Both the position numbers and the translations under genes were made by a program. DNA of 64,000 bases from Candidatus Kaiserbacteria bacterium RIFCSPLOWO2_01_FULL_50_24 (GTDB lineage: Bacteria > Patescibacteriota > Minisyncoccia > Phycocordibacterales > UBA2100), in the NCBI GenBank assembly GCA_001783335.1, contig MFLU01000002.1, forward strand, positions 4,948 to 68,947, read 5' to 3'. The notes beneath the pieces are model-generated. The model was not told the DNA's origin. It saw only the letters and a program-made list of their open reading frames with translations, and searched no databases. Below are positions 1-9,664 of this stretch, piece after piece. Each line of letters begins with the position of its first letter. The first letter of the stretch is position 1.

Positions 1-516
1 TCATAACGTAAGTGTTATGCTAAAAAGTCCAGAGAGTGTTCCCACTAACGCACCAACCGGAACAGATACGCGTGTAAAACTGCCGGAGTTTTCAAGTGCG
101 GACTTATACGCATTCAGTGCGTCTCGGTTTTCCGATGAGCCGGAAATGATAGCATTCCCCTTGTCGCCACCCTGAAACGACACTGCTTCTACACGCACGC
201 CGGAGGGACGAAGAGCAAGCGCTTGTAGAAGCACGCGCTCCACGCGCGTTGTGGACGTCGCCACCGGAAGAAGTGCGGCAATAAGCGCTTGTGCTTCTTG
301 CGCCTCTCTACGATCTTTCTGAAGTTGTTCGGAGCGAGATTCAAGAACGGCAAACGCATCTGCGGCACGCTGCTCCGAAGAAACGAGTACCGCAGGAAAA
401 AGCGCGAGAAGCGCGACGCACGCTACAAAAATAAATATGAGCGAGCCCACAAGAAGCATTTTGTTCCAGTGCTCTTTCGCAACACGTTTTCTATCTGTAT
501 CGGGTAAAAGATTCAT
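1..516 (-). CDS. pilN: Type IV pilus assembly PilN-like protein
   Basis: MNLLP start, one TM segment, coiled coil, then IISGSS...F..V; overlaps the pilM stop. Confidence 0.7.
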   Translation of the reverse strand: MNLLPDTDRKRVAKEHWNKMLLVGSLIFIFVACVALLALFPAVLVSSEQRAADAFAVLESRSEQLQKDRREAQEAQALIAALLPVATSTTRVERVLLQALALRPSGVRVEAVSFQGGDKGNAIISGSSENRDALNAYKSALENSGSFTRVSVPVGALVGTLSGLFSITLTL

Positions 517-1670
517 ACCGTTAGAAGATTAGGGTCATATTGTTGTTGAATGCCGCGCATCGCAAGTCCGACCGACGTCGCGTAGCCGAGTGACGCGCGG
601 CGGCTGATTGGCGGAATGTAATCGTCATAAGAAAAGACATTGTGCCATATGTCTCCGCGCACCGTCGGCACTTGCACGCGGGAAGCAATATATTCCTCCA
701 AGCCGTGGAGATTGGAACTGCCCCCAACAAGAACAATACGGGACACGGGCGTCGCACGCTCTCCCTTGTCGTTTTTGTGCGTGTCCCAGAAATGGTAATA
801 ACGGTTCACCTCATTCGCGAGTGCCACGGCGGTCGAGGTTACTATTTCAATTTCTTTTTTGTGCGCCGCCACGTCCGCAAAAAGACCTTGCTCATTCCTG
901 AACCTCTCCGCTTCTTCCTTCGTGCACGACATGGTTTCCATAAGAGAGTGCTCCATCGCCTTCCCCCCCACTCCCACCGTTGCGGTAAAAATGGGAACGC
1001 CGCTTTTAAGAACCGCGATGCCCGAGCGCAGACGGCCAAAGTCCACAAGAAGCGTTACCGGCTCTTCAAGAATGTCATGGGAAGAAAACACCGCACGCGC
1101 TATTGAACGCGCTTCAAGCTCAAAAGACAAGAGGCGAATGCCGGCGTGTGCGAACGCACTTGCATAGTTTTCGGCAAGCTCACGCGGAAACACCACAACG
1201 CCAACCTCGCGCATATGTACCTCTCCGCGCCCCGACACAACGTCAAAGTCGTATACCGACGCTTGCGGAGAAATAGGGACTTTCCCCTCAAATTCAAATT
1301 CCACCATGCGCAATATCTGTTCGCGCGTTGTGTCGTCAGGAACCACCGTGGTGAACACGTATGCTGTTTCTTCCGGAAGAGCCACATGCGCTTCGGTAAT
1401 GTCCTGCTCCCGCAAAACACTGAGAGTACTCGCAAGCGCGTCAACATCCTTAATAACGCCGCCCACGACGATACCCGGCTCAAGAGGAACGGTGCCAAAC
1501 GAACGCACATGTTTGAGAGAGTCAAGCGCGACCCATTTAACCGATACGTCTGAAACATCCACGCCGACTGCCGACGGCTCCAAAAAACGCGGCGTCGGAA
1601 ACCAGCGGTCTAAAAACGCTGAAAGCGGGTTGAAACTGCCCAACGCAACTCCGGGGAATGCAAACTTCAT
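513..1670 (-). CDS. pilM: Type IV pilus assembly protein PilM (actin-like)
   Basis: VGVDVSDVSVK, LLVDFG, VLVGGSSNL and SVGLAMRG motifs. Confidence 0.9.
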   Translation of the reverse strand: MKFAFPGVALGSFNPLSAFLDRWFPTPRFLEPSAVGVDVSDVSVKWVALDSLKHVRSFGTVPLEPGIVVGGVIKDVDALASTLSVLREQDITEAHVALPEETAYVFTTVVPDDTTREQILRMVEFEFEGKVPISPQASVYDFDVVSGRGEVHMREVGVVVFPRELAENYASAFAHAGIRLLSFELEARSIARAVFSSHDILEEPVTLLVDFGRLRSGIAVLKSGVPIFTATVGVGGKAMEHSLMETMSCTKEEAERFRNEQGLFADVAAHKKEIEIVTSTAVALANEVNRYYHFWDTHKNDKGERATPVSRIVLVGGSSNLHGLEEYIASRVQVPTVRGDIWHNVFSYDDYIPPISRRASLGYATSVGLAMRGIQQQYDPNLLTV

Positions 1671-1692
1671 CGTTTAATCATACCGCGCTTTA

Positions 1693-1870
1693 GGGCTCAT
1701 CCGTAAATAAGTTCCTAAGATTGTGTCCAATGCGCGCTGAATACGGCCGCTATGATTGAGTAAAATATCGAGGCGTACCATTGGTACGATGAGATATTTT
1801 GCGATTGAATAGCGGTCGTAGTCGGCGATGTAGTGGGCGCAAGATGGGGAAGTTATTTACGGATGAGCCC
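1693..1870. mobile_element. 178-bp MITE-like element
   Basis: Perfect 18-bp TIR GGGCTCATCCGTAAATAA; flanked by TTA on both sides; no ORF. Confidence 0.75.
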
Positions 1871-1879
1871 TTAGCCTCC

Positions 1880-2404
1880 TTACTTTAGTTTTGTCCCCGG
1901 TGGAACAACTCGTTCTGGCGATTGTGTCGCGTGAGTATCCAAAAACCGTTGGAGAATTATCGCGGCGGCCGACGCATCGTTTGTGTGCGTTTCGCCTGTA
2001 TACCCCGCACCTTTTTTAGAACGTGGAGCATTTACCCTGCTCCCAGACACTCGCGCTCGACCTTTTATATAATCACTGGGCGTTAAAAGGTGCCGGGTAA
2101 ATCGACGCGCCTCCACCGAGCTCCACGACTCCCACGCGGGAACAACGCGAATGCCGGAATGTGCCGCGAATGCGCGAATAAATTCTTCAACCTCACGCGT
2201 TATGGGATTTTCCGCACCGGAGAGAGAGCGCGCGTCGCCCACCACAATCACGCCGACATCTTTTTCGCGCACGAGCTTCTCGAGCATAGAAATAAGTTTG
2301 CTGTCATTCGGAAAGACCCCGTGCGGAAATGCGAATTTTCCGCCCGTATCGGAAATTGCAACGCCAACGCGCTTCGTGCCGTAATCTATGCCCAAAAATC
2401 TCAT
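1880..2404 (-). CDS. yqgF: YqgF/RuvX family nuclease with a 33-aa insertion
   Basis: MRFLGIDYGTKRVGVAISD ... DASAAAIILQRFLD; start moved to ATG 2404 because the longer ORF overlaps a tRNA. Confidence 0.9.
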   Translation of the reverse strand: MRFLGIDYGTKRVGVAISDTGGKFAFPHGVFPNDSKLISMLEKLVREKDVGVIVVGDARSLSGAENPITREVEEFIRAFAAHSGIRVVPAWESWSSVEARRFTRHLLTPSDYIKGRARVSGSRVNAPRSKKGAGYTGETHTNDASAAAIILQRFLDTHATQSPERVVPPGTKLK

Positions 2405-2407
2405 GGA

Positions 2408-2490
2408 CGGAGGGGACAGGACTCGAACCTGCAAGGGATTTCTCCCGGCGGTTTTCAAGACCGCTGCCTTACCATTCGGCACACCCCTCC
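2408..2490 (-). tRNA. tRNA-Ser(TGA)
   Basis: GGAGGGG/CCCCTCC acceptor stem, GCGGT-CTTGAAA-ACCGC anticodon arm, long variable arm, GGTTCGAGTCC. Confidence 0.95.
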
Positions 2491-2597
2491 AAAACTACCT
2501 CACTTTAGCACTGAGCCCGCTACTTACTAAGTAATACTCGCATTATACGAGTGCGCTATGCACAACCTTTGGTGTGTGACTACAGTTACGCGTTACA

Positions 2598-3113
2598 ATG
2601 AGCGGTATGAAACACAAGCTTCTAGCTTATAGCGTACAGCCGACAGGAGGTATCACTCTGCGGAAATTTGTTTTTCTGCTGAAAGCTAAAAGCTATAAGC
2701 CACAAGCTACCCATGGGTTCACCTTAATAGAGTTGCTGGTCGTCATTGCTATCATCGGCCTTCTTACATCCCTTACTGTCGTTTCGCTAGGAACCGTGCA
2801 AACGAGAGCGCGCGACGTGCGACGTATGGAAGACGTGTCAACACTCCAAAAAGCGCTAGCACTGTACCAAATCACAACCAACATATATCCAATCTCTGTC
2901 TCCCCTACCACACTAACCGGCACCGACAGCGTTTCAACCGCTCTTATTGGTGCGGGAACGATGGGTGCTATGCCGCTAGACCCCCTCTCTCCGCAATACG
3001 ACTACTCATATAGCTCAAACGCAATTGGCAACAACTATACAATCGCTTTCTGTTTGGAAACCGACTACATACGCAACTACAGTGAGGGATGTGTGAATTC
3101 TGTGTCTCCCTAG
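2598..3113 (+). CDS. Type IV pilin / GspG-like prepilin
   Basis: G|FTLIELLVVIAIIG cleavage/methylation motif, ARDxRR, DP motif; exact start uncertain. Confidence 0.9.
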   Translation: MSGMKHKLLAYSVQPTGGITLRKFVFLLKAKSYKPQATHGFTLIELLVVIAIIGLLTSLTVVSLGTVQTRARDVRRMEDVSTLQKALALYQITTNIYPISVSPTTLTGTDSVSTALIGAGTMGAMPLDPLSPQYDYSYSSNAIGNNYTIAFCLETDYIRNYSEGCVNSVSP

Positions 3114-3118
3114 GGGAT

Positions 3119-3258
3119 CGCTCCGTCGTCCAGCACCACTTTTGCAGTGAGAGTTCTGTTGTGGTACGAAACGCAAACGCAAGCGTTCGTATAACCGGAG
3201 TTACCGAGTACCAAGTGCAAAAGTGGTGCTGGACTCCTCCGCTAAGGTGGTAAATGCC
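3119..3258 (+). repeat. Post-stop structured cassette type A, copy 1
   Basis: Reverse-complement homologue of 34025-34161; stem TCCAGCACCACTTTTGCA/TGCAAAAGTGGTGCTGGA. Confidence 0.85.
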
Positions 3259-3361
3259 AATTAATTCGTGGAACATCAAAAGTTTTAATTTTACATTGTC
3301 GTTTTTACCTTTTCATTTTTACTTTTTAACTTATCCTGGCCGATAGGATATAATAAGCACT

Positions 3362-3826
3362 ATGCCTACGGAGCCAATACGCTGGCAAGCATTTGAGCAC
3401 GGCCACTTAGAGCGCGGAGGCGACTGGTACATCGCGCTCGGTATTGCCGCGATTTCAATAGCACTAACGAGTATTATTCTCGGCAATGTGCTCTTCGGCA
3501 TTCTTATAGTCGTCGCGGCATTCGTGTGGGGCATGATGGCACAACTCCCGCATCACGTTGTTGATTTTGAAATTTCAGAGCGCGGTATTCGCGCGGGAGA
3601 ACATTTTTACCTATACGAAAGCGTCATCGCATTCTGGGTGGAGGAACACAAAACAAAATCGCCGCTTCTTCTTATAGACACAACAAAATTCATGACACCG
3701 AACCTCGCTGTCCCCCTTGAGAACGTGGACCCAAAACTAGTGCGCGCGTACCTGCTTGAACATGTGGACGAAGTGCCTATGAAAGAATCGCTTGCGCAGA
3801 AGTTTTTGGAATTACTGGGACTTTAA
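3362..3826 (+). CDS. Conserved hypothetical membrane protein (2 TM plus soluble domain)
   Basis: Clean ORF; W.A.E...DWY N-terminus followed by a TM hairpin. Confidence 0.75.
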   Translation: MPTEPIRWQAFEHGHLERGGDWYIALGIAAISIALTSIILGNVLFGILIVVAAFVWGMMAQLPHHVVDFEISERGIRAGEHFYLYESVIAFWVEEHKTKSPLLLIDTTKFMTPNLAVPLENVDPKLVRAYLLEHVDEVPMKESLAQKFLELLGL

Positions 3827-3889
3827 TCGATGTCCGAATATACAAATTATACGAATATAACGAATGACTGCGAATTTATAAAAGGCACC

Positions 3890-4050
3890 AAACAAACATT
3901 AAAATTCCAAGCACCAAGCACCAAGCACCAAATTACAAACAATATCTAAATTCTAATTACTAAACACCAAACACAACATGTCGGTTTTGAATTTGTGATT
4001 TCGGTAATTTGAATTTGTTTGGAATTTGGGATTTGTAATTTGTTATTTTC
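3890..4050. repeat. Dispersed ~160-bp AAATTCCAAGCACC quasi-palindrome (family I)
   Basis: Similar copies at ~15930, 19220 (inverted), 33330 and 48400. Confidence 0.85.
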
Positions 4051-4099
4051 TTCATGTTGTAGACATCCGTAGATTGGCATACATTTGTAGATATTCGGA

Positions 4100-4612
4100 T
4101 TAAAATGCTTGTGCGGTGCTCGCGCGGCACCACATGTAGTGCGCGAGGCCCGTCGCACGCGAACAGCGCGGCACGTCAGGAAGAGATTGCTCTACGTATA
4201 TAACCTCTGGTTCTCGTTTCTGTGGTTCGTATTTTTTTTGAGATTCGTTTGCTACCGCATACATCTGCGCTTTGAAGTTCGCAGATCCGAACTGAACATT
4301 CTCCGCAACCATGCGAGACGCGGCAACTGAAACAACGGCAAACGCAACCGCTTGCCCTGTGACATTCTCTAAAACTGTGTGGGCGCGCGACACATTACGC
4401 GCTACAAAGTTTTTAACGAGAAACCCCATGTCTGGCGGGAAAGAAAAACGCAATTCATTCTTCCACGAGGTATGGCGAACAAATTCCGTGGGTATAGAGT
4501 AGGCGGCACGTCCCAAGGCGCCATCGAATAGGGGCTCATTCAACACGTCTGCGAGAGTAAACAGAGGAATAACAAGTACCAGCGCTACCACACCGCGTGC
4601 TTTCCACTTCAT
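4100..4612 (-). CDS. Hypothetical exported protein
   Basis: ATG start, signal-peptide-like N-terminus; no recognisable motif. Confidence 0.5.
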   Translation of the reverse strand: MKWKARGVVALVLVIPLFTLADVLNEPLFDGALGRAAYSIPTEFVRHTSWKNELRFSFPPDMGFLVKNFVARNVSRAHTVLENVTGQAVAFAVVSVAASRMVAENVQFGSANFKAQMYAVANESQKKYEPQKREPEVIYVEQSLPDVPRCSRATGLAHYMWCRASTAQAF

Positions 4613-4657
4613 GAAGACATTATAACACCGACGGACAGAGGCCTCTGGGCGGCGCCT

Positions 4658-6751
4658 CTATTTAATAGTCACGGTTGTGGTCGCCTTTTTCGCGCCACCC
4701 GCTTTCGTTTCGCACGCAAGTTCAAAATCGGTATTTTGTGTGAGCGATGGCGTTTTCACAACGCCGCTCGTGTTTTTCTTGTTCTTTTGCGACTCGGTGA
4801 ATGCGGGGAGTTGAGGACTCGAGAGCGTGCATGATTCCATGCCAATTGTTACCCAGCCGATGTTCGCGGATTCTCCCGAGGCGACTTCTTTTGGATTTGC
4901 CACCAACACGATAGTTGTTTTATTGACGCGCACGGTGCACGTGTTTGACGCCTCCTTGCCGCTCGCATCGGTGCACATAAGTTTATAGGTAACCGACGAG
5001 AGAGTGCCGTTTCCCTCCTCGGGCGGCAAAACCGCCACCGTCACCCCTCCCTCAAGTTTCCCGCCTGTGTCAAACCCCTCGCCTTTTGCTTCTTTTGCAT
5101 TGCGACATGCGAATGCAAGCGCCACGCTTTGCCCTATGTCCGCAAGTTTTGGCGCGCAAGAAAGTTCCGCTGTTGCGATGCTGTCCGGAGGCGCGTCGGA
5201 GACCTCTACGCGCCCGGTGCACGATGTGCTAACCGGCACACTCACATAGTACTGCGATTGTCCGGACCCGGAAGAGGTGAGTTGCTGCACATGTCCAAGC
5301 ACTGCCATTGAAAATGTGGTGCTCTGCGAAGGCGATAGGGTCGTGGAACCTTGAAGCGACACCGCGCCGAGTCCGGAGATGTGCGCGGTCAGTGAGCCCT
5401 GCGCGCTCAATGTGTTCCACGTCAGTGTCACTGACTCTCCCTTTTTGATAGTAGAGGGACTCACCACAATTGTGCACGACGGCTGCCGCGCCTGCTGACC
5501 CTGCTGTTGGCCACCGAACAAGTCGCCGATGAAACTGCCGAGCATCCCGCCGACGCCACTGGATTCTCCGCCTCCGGGTGGTTGTTGCTGTTGCTGCCCC
5601 CGCAATGCATCCACTGCTCTCTGCCACGCAGGGTCGCGTTCTTGCACAATACGCTCAATCTCTTCCCGCGTGTATGTAGGAGGCGGCGCAGAAGGTTGCT
5701 GCCCTGGTAGTGGAGGAGACAGCGTATATCCTGGGAGTGGGGGTGGCGACGCATATGTAAACGGCGGGCTGATAGGAGGTTGCTGCCCTGGTAGTGGAGG
5801 AGACGGCGTATATCCTGGGAGTGGGGGTGGCGACGCATATGTAAACGGCGGGCTGATAGCTGGAACTGGAATTCTCGTTTTTTCCAGTCTAAGTGCGTCA
5901 AGATTAGTAAGGTCGATACTTTCAATCTGTTCTTTCGCAAACTGTGTCTCTACCTTTTCCCGTACCAGCATTTCCTTAACCGCCGTTTGGCCCGGAACAA
6001 CTGAGGCGATATCTGTGCCATACATATTGTCCACCCAAGTGGCGATGTATAGCGGGTTTTTGTTTGCTTCAAAATATGCAAGAGTCAATTGATGGTCGAG
6101 CGCATTAAGGTACATTTGTTTATTGCCGCCGTCTTTTAAATACGCGGCAAGTATGGATTGGGCCGCCTCCTCGGATGCGGCGTCTTTAACTGCCAAAGCT
6201 GTCAGGCGTGCTTTTAACTCTTTGTCTGCAGCGGCTTGATTGCCGATAGAAATACTATACGGTGAACCGCAAAGTCCCGCAGGATTGCACGAAACAACCT
6301 GGCACGTTTTACTGTTCAAGTCATCGGAAAAACGGAATGCTTCTATCTTTGGCGTTATGTCCTTTCCAGAAGGAGTGGTGACCTTGTACCGGCATCCGGG
6401 CAAACATGCTTGGATAACCCTCTGGCCAGTGACATTAGACGCTGAAGCGCTCGGTGGAAGTGTACTGCCTGTTTCTACCTTTTTCTGCTGGTCACATTCA
6501 GGCGATGCGGTGGTATGCACCGCCGCCGTTTGGGAGCGTAACGTATCCGGAGACGCGAACGGTCCCTGCATGGCAAGACCGAAAAAACCAAGTGTGCCGA
6601 CAAGCAAAACAACCGTGAGGAGCCCTCCGGGGAACGGCGCTTGCAAATCTTCGGAATCGCTTTTAGGCGCGCTCTCCGACTGCGGATTTTCCTGAATAAC
6701 TTCCGGTGCCGGATCTTCAACTGGCGCAGAGGGTTCTTGTTCGTCAGTCAT
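4658..6751 (-). CDS. Large membrane-anchored surface protein: Cys-rich N-region, Pro/Gln linker, C-terminal Ig-like repeats
   Basis: One TM segment; repeated C.....P.......V.L.W/F...C.....T.F.L.C modules; start placed at MTDEQ. Confidence 0.8.
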   Translation of the reverse strand: MTDEQEPSAPVEDPAPEVIQENPQSESAPKSDSEDLQAPFPGGLLTVVLLVGTLGFFGLAMQGPFASPDTLRSQTAAVHTTASPECDQQKKVETGSTLPPSASASNVTGQRVIQACLPGCRYKVTTPSGKDITPKIEAFRFSDDLNSKTCQVVSCNPAGLCGSPYSISIGNQAAADKELKARLTALAVKDAASEEAAQSILAAYLKDGGNKQMYLNALDHQLTLAYFEANKNPLYIATWVDNMYGTDIASVVPGQTAVKEMLVREKVETQFAKEQIESIDLTNLDALRLEKTRIPVPAISPPFTYASPPPLPGYTPSPPLPGQQPPISPPFTYASPPPLPGYTLSPPLPGQQPSAPPPTYTREEIERIVQERDPAWQRAVDALRGQQQQQPPGGGESSGVGGMLGSFIGDLFGGQQQGQQARQPSCTIVVSPSTIKKGESVTLTWNTLSAQGSLTAHISGLGAVSLQGSTTLSPSQSTTFSMAVLGHVQQLTSSGSGQSQYYVSVPVSTSCTGRVEVSDAPPDSIATAELSCAPKLADIGQSVALAFACRNAKEAKGEGFDTGGKLEGGVTVAVLPPEEGNGTLSSVTYKLMCTDASGKEASNTCTVRVNKTTIVLVANPKEVASGESANIGWVTIGMESCTLSSPQLPAFTESQKNKKNTSGVVKTPSLTQNTDFELACETKAGGAKKATTTVTIK
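5693..5859. repeat. 84-bp intragenic tandem duplication
   Basis: Units start at 5693 and 5777 and are near-identical; encodes ISPPFTYASPPPLPGYTxSPPLPGQQP twice. Confidence 0.95.
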
Positions 6752-6867
6752 GAGGATAATGATACGCCAACCTCTACCATATGTACTATAGGTGCTATGT
6801 GGAGAGCGTATATAGGACGTACATTGAACCCCCATGCACCGTGGGTCTATTTAGATGACACTTACTA

Positions 6868-6939
6868 TCCCCTCGGCAGGAATCGAACCCACATTACATC
6901 CTCCGCAAGGATGCGTCCTATCCGTTGAACGACGAGGGG
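6868..6939 (-). tRNA. tRNA-Arg(GCG)
   Basis: CCCCTCG/CGAGGGG acceptor stem, CATCC-TTGCGGA-GGATG anticodon arm, GGTTCGATTCC. Confidence 0.92.
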
Positions 6940-7063
6940 TAGAGAGGAACAAAATAAGAATATACCATATTCGTATTTTTTCCGAACGCTCCCCTCGAAA
7001 GCTCTGCTTACGAGGGGGTACAAAGAAAGCGTAACGAAAATCTACGCTTTAGCAAATACGGTC

Positions 7064-7327
7064 TTACGCCGTAACTGCATGAGAATATTTCGCAAGTCGC
7101 GATTTCATGCGAGCGGCGGTATTTTTCTTTACGACGCCGCGCTTAGTCGCCTTGTCTATTGCTCCATACGCTTCTGAAAGAAGTGTCGCAGCGGTAGCGT
7201 CGCCTTTTTTCCCAGCATCCGTGAATTCGCGTACCGCCACTTTCATTGCGCGCTTGCGGCGCGCATTAAAAACCGCCTTTCTTTCCGAGGCGCGATGCGC
7301 TTTTTTGGCAGAGCTTGTTTTTGCCAT
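7064..7327 (-). CDS. rpsT: 30S ribosomal protein S20
   Basis: SAKKA.R...N..RK...IDKA.KRGVVKKNTAAR.KSRL. Confidence 0.97.
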   Translation of the reverse strand: MAKTSSAKKAHRASERKAVFNARRKRAMKVAVREFTDAGKKGDATAATLLSEAYGAIDKATKRGVVKKNTAARMKSRLAKYSHAVTA

Positions 7328-7374
7328 ATGGCAAAATCCTACACGAAATATGCTACATATGCAATGATATGAGT

Positions 7375-7947
7375 ATGATAGGACACATAGGGGGAGTGGT
7401 TCGGGCCGTGTATACGAGCCACGCGCTTGTTTCTACCGGCGGCATCGGCTACAAAATAGCGGCGACAAAAGAGACACTCGCGCGCCTGACGCTTAATAAG
7501 CCTGCGGCACTTTGGACGCATCTTGCCGTGCGCGATGATGCGTTGGATTTATACGGCTTTGGCACGGAAGAAGACCTGCGTTTTTTTGAATTGCTTCTCA
7601 CCGTACCCGGTATCGGCCCAAAATCAGCGCTCGCAGTCCTTGATGTTGTAAGTGCGGAAACATTGCGTTCGGCAATTGCAAGCGGCAACGCATCGTACAT
7701 GACAAAGGTTTCCGGCATAGGAAAAAAGACCGCCGCAAAAATCGTACTGGAGTTGAAGGACAAGGTCGGCAAAGAAGAAATGGGTGCTACACAGGCGCTC
7801 CGCGGCGACGAGGAAGCGCTTGAAGCGCTCCGGAGCTTAGGGTACTCCGCCGCCGAAGCGCGCGAGGCTCTCCGCAAGGTCCCGCAAAGGGTTGAGACAA
7901 GCAGTGCACGCCTACGCGAAGCGTTACGTATCTTGGGAAATTCATGA
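7375..7947 (+). CDS. ruvA: Holliday junction branch migration protein RuvA
   Basis: LYGF, VPGIGPKSA, GIGKKTAAKIVLELKDK, AL.SLGY. Confidence 0.97.
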   Translation: MIGHIGGVVRAVYTSHALVSTGGIGYKIAATKETLARLTLNKPAALWTHLAVRDDALDLYGFGTEEDLRFFELLLTVPGIGPKSALAVLDVVSAETLRSAIASGNASYMTKVSGIGKKTAAKIVLELKDKVGKEEMGATQALRGDEEALEALRSLGYSAAEAREALRKVPQRVETSSARLREALRILGNS

Positions 7948-7948
7948 C

Positions 7949-9199
7949 ATGATTCTGTCTTTAAAAAAACTAGTTCCCGCGCCAGTCGTTTTCCTGTACC
8001 ATCTTGCTCTGGTGTTCCTCGCCGCGCTCTACTTTGAATTTCCGTCGCGGCGCATCACCGTAGTCGGCGTAACTGGCACAAAAGGAAAATCAAGTACGAT
8101 AGAGTTCGCGAACGCCGCATTTGAAGCGGCGGGACGAAACACGGCACTCATGAGCACTATACGAACAAAGGTGGGGATGGAGAGCACACGAAATACCAAA
8201 CGCATGACTATGCCGGGAAGGTTTGCCGTTCAGCATTTTTTGAAAAAAGCGCTTGATGCCGGGTGCGACGTCGCGTTTATTGAAATGACGTCGGAGGGAG
8301 CGCGGCAACATCGGCATCGTTTTATTGATTTAAACGCCCTCATTTTCACAAACCTCGCACCGGAGCACATTGAATCGCACGGCTCATATGAGGCATATGC
8401 GGCGGCAAAATTTGAGATAGGACGCGCGCTCGTTCGCTCACACAAGCGTCCGCGCATTATTATCGCAAACGCGGACGACAAAGAGGCGCACCGCTACCTC
8501 CTTCTTTCCGTTGAACACGCGATTCCCTCTTCTCTTTCCGCATTTGGAGCGCATGCGGATGAAGATGAAATGGGCGGCAGTTTCAAGTGGGACGAGACGA
8601 AAATTCGCATCCATTTGCCCGGAGAATTCTCGCTCCAAAACGCAATCCTCGCGGCACTTCTCGCACGCGCTTTTGATATTCGTGCTGAATTTATTCGTGC
8701 CGGGTTTGACGCGCTTAAAAAAATTCCTGGCCGCGCGGAGCGTGTAGAGGAGGGTCAGCCCTTCCTTGTTATAGTTGACTACGCGCACACACCCGACTCC
8801 CTTTCCGCTATCTACAAAACATACGCAAGTAGGAAGAAAATATGCGTACTCGGTGCGACCGGCGGGGGACGCGACACGTGGAAGCGTCCGGTTATGGGTT
8901 CCATTGCCGACGCCGCATGCGAGCACGTTATACTAACGAACGAAGATTCGTACGATGAGAAACCGGAAGATATCGTGACGAGTATCGCAGCAGGAATGAA
9001 AAGAGTGCCGGAAGTTATTGTAGACCGCCACAAAGCGATAGCGCGCGCACTGTCTCTTGCGAAGCCGGGCTACGCCGTCTTGATTACCGGCAAAGGCACT
9101 GACCCGAGCATAGAGGGTCCGCGCGGCACACACATTCCATGGAGCGACGCCGAGGTAGTGCGTGAAGAGTTGCACAAACTTCTGCAAAAGAGCATATAA
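7949..9199 (+). CDS. murE: Mur ligase, MurE-like
   Basis: GVTGTKGKSST, FTNL.PEH, DYAHTPD, GGGRD..KR, LITGKG. Confidence 0.88.
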   Translation: MILSLKKLVPAPVVFLYHLALVFLAALYFEFPSRRITVVGVTGTKGKSSTIEFANAAFEAAGRNTALMSTIRTKVGMESTRNTKRMTMPGRFAVQHFLKKALDAGCDVAFIEMTSEGARQHRHRFIDLNALIFTNLAPEHIESHGSYEAYAAAKFEIGRALVRSHKRPRIIIANADDKEAHRYLLLSVEHAIPSSLSAFGAHADEDEMGGSFKWDETKIRIHLPGEFSLQNAILAALLARAFDIRAEFIRAGFDALKKIPGRAERVEEGQPFLVIVDYAHTPDSLSAIYKTYASRKKICVLGATGGGRDTWKRPVMGSIADAACEHVILTNEDSYDEKPEDIVTSIAAGMKRVPEVIVDRHKAIARALSLAKPGYAVLITGKGTDPSIEGPRGTHIPWSDAEVVREELHKLLQKSI

Positions 9200-9322
9200 T
9201 GCACACACGGTAAGATAATTTGCAATTTTCAATAAATGTCACAAACTCCAATGTTTCAAAAATTGAATCATTGAAAATTCAATGAAAATTGGAAATTAAA
9301 AATTGTGATTTACTAATCTTTT

Positions 9323-9643
9323 ATGCTTCGCACCATTCTTATCGTCTTTGTTATATTCATGGCGCTTGCGTTCGTTACCATGTGGATACTTTCCGGGAGT
9401 TTCGGTCGCATTACTGACCGTGCATCGGGCTTCACCAATTTCTTTGGTCTTCCGCTTGGGGAAAGTGCGGGCAGTATACCGATTTTCGAACTGCCATGGA
9501 GAGTATCGGTACCGCAAGGGCCACCTGTTGAAGAGCAAATCGCCGAATGGGAACGATCTCGCCCCATTGAAGAGCAAATAACCAACATTGAAGAAGAGTA
9601 CCGCGCGATTGAGCAGGAGGTGCGCTCGCTCGAAACACAGTGA
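9323..9643 (+). CDS. Hypothetical membrane protein
   Basis: N-terminal TM segment and C-terminal coiled coil. Confidence 0.65.
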   Translation: MLRTILIVFVIFMALAFVTMWILSGSFGRITDRASGFTNFFGLPLGESAGSIPIFELPWRVSVPQGPPVEEQIAEWERSRPIEEQITNIEEEYRAIEQEVRSLETQ

Positions 9644-9664
9644 TGTCATAAAACAACCGGACGG

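Noticed and set aside
2405-2482. N-terminal extension of the yqgF ORF
   Set aside because: It is the tRNA-Ser sequence read in frame
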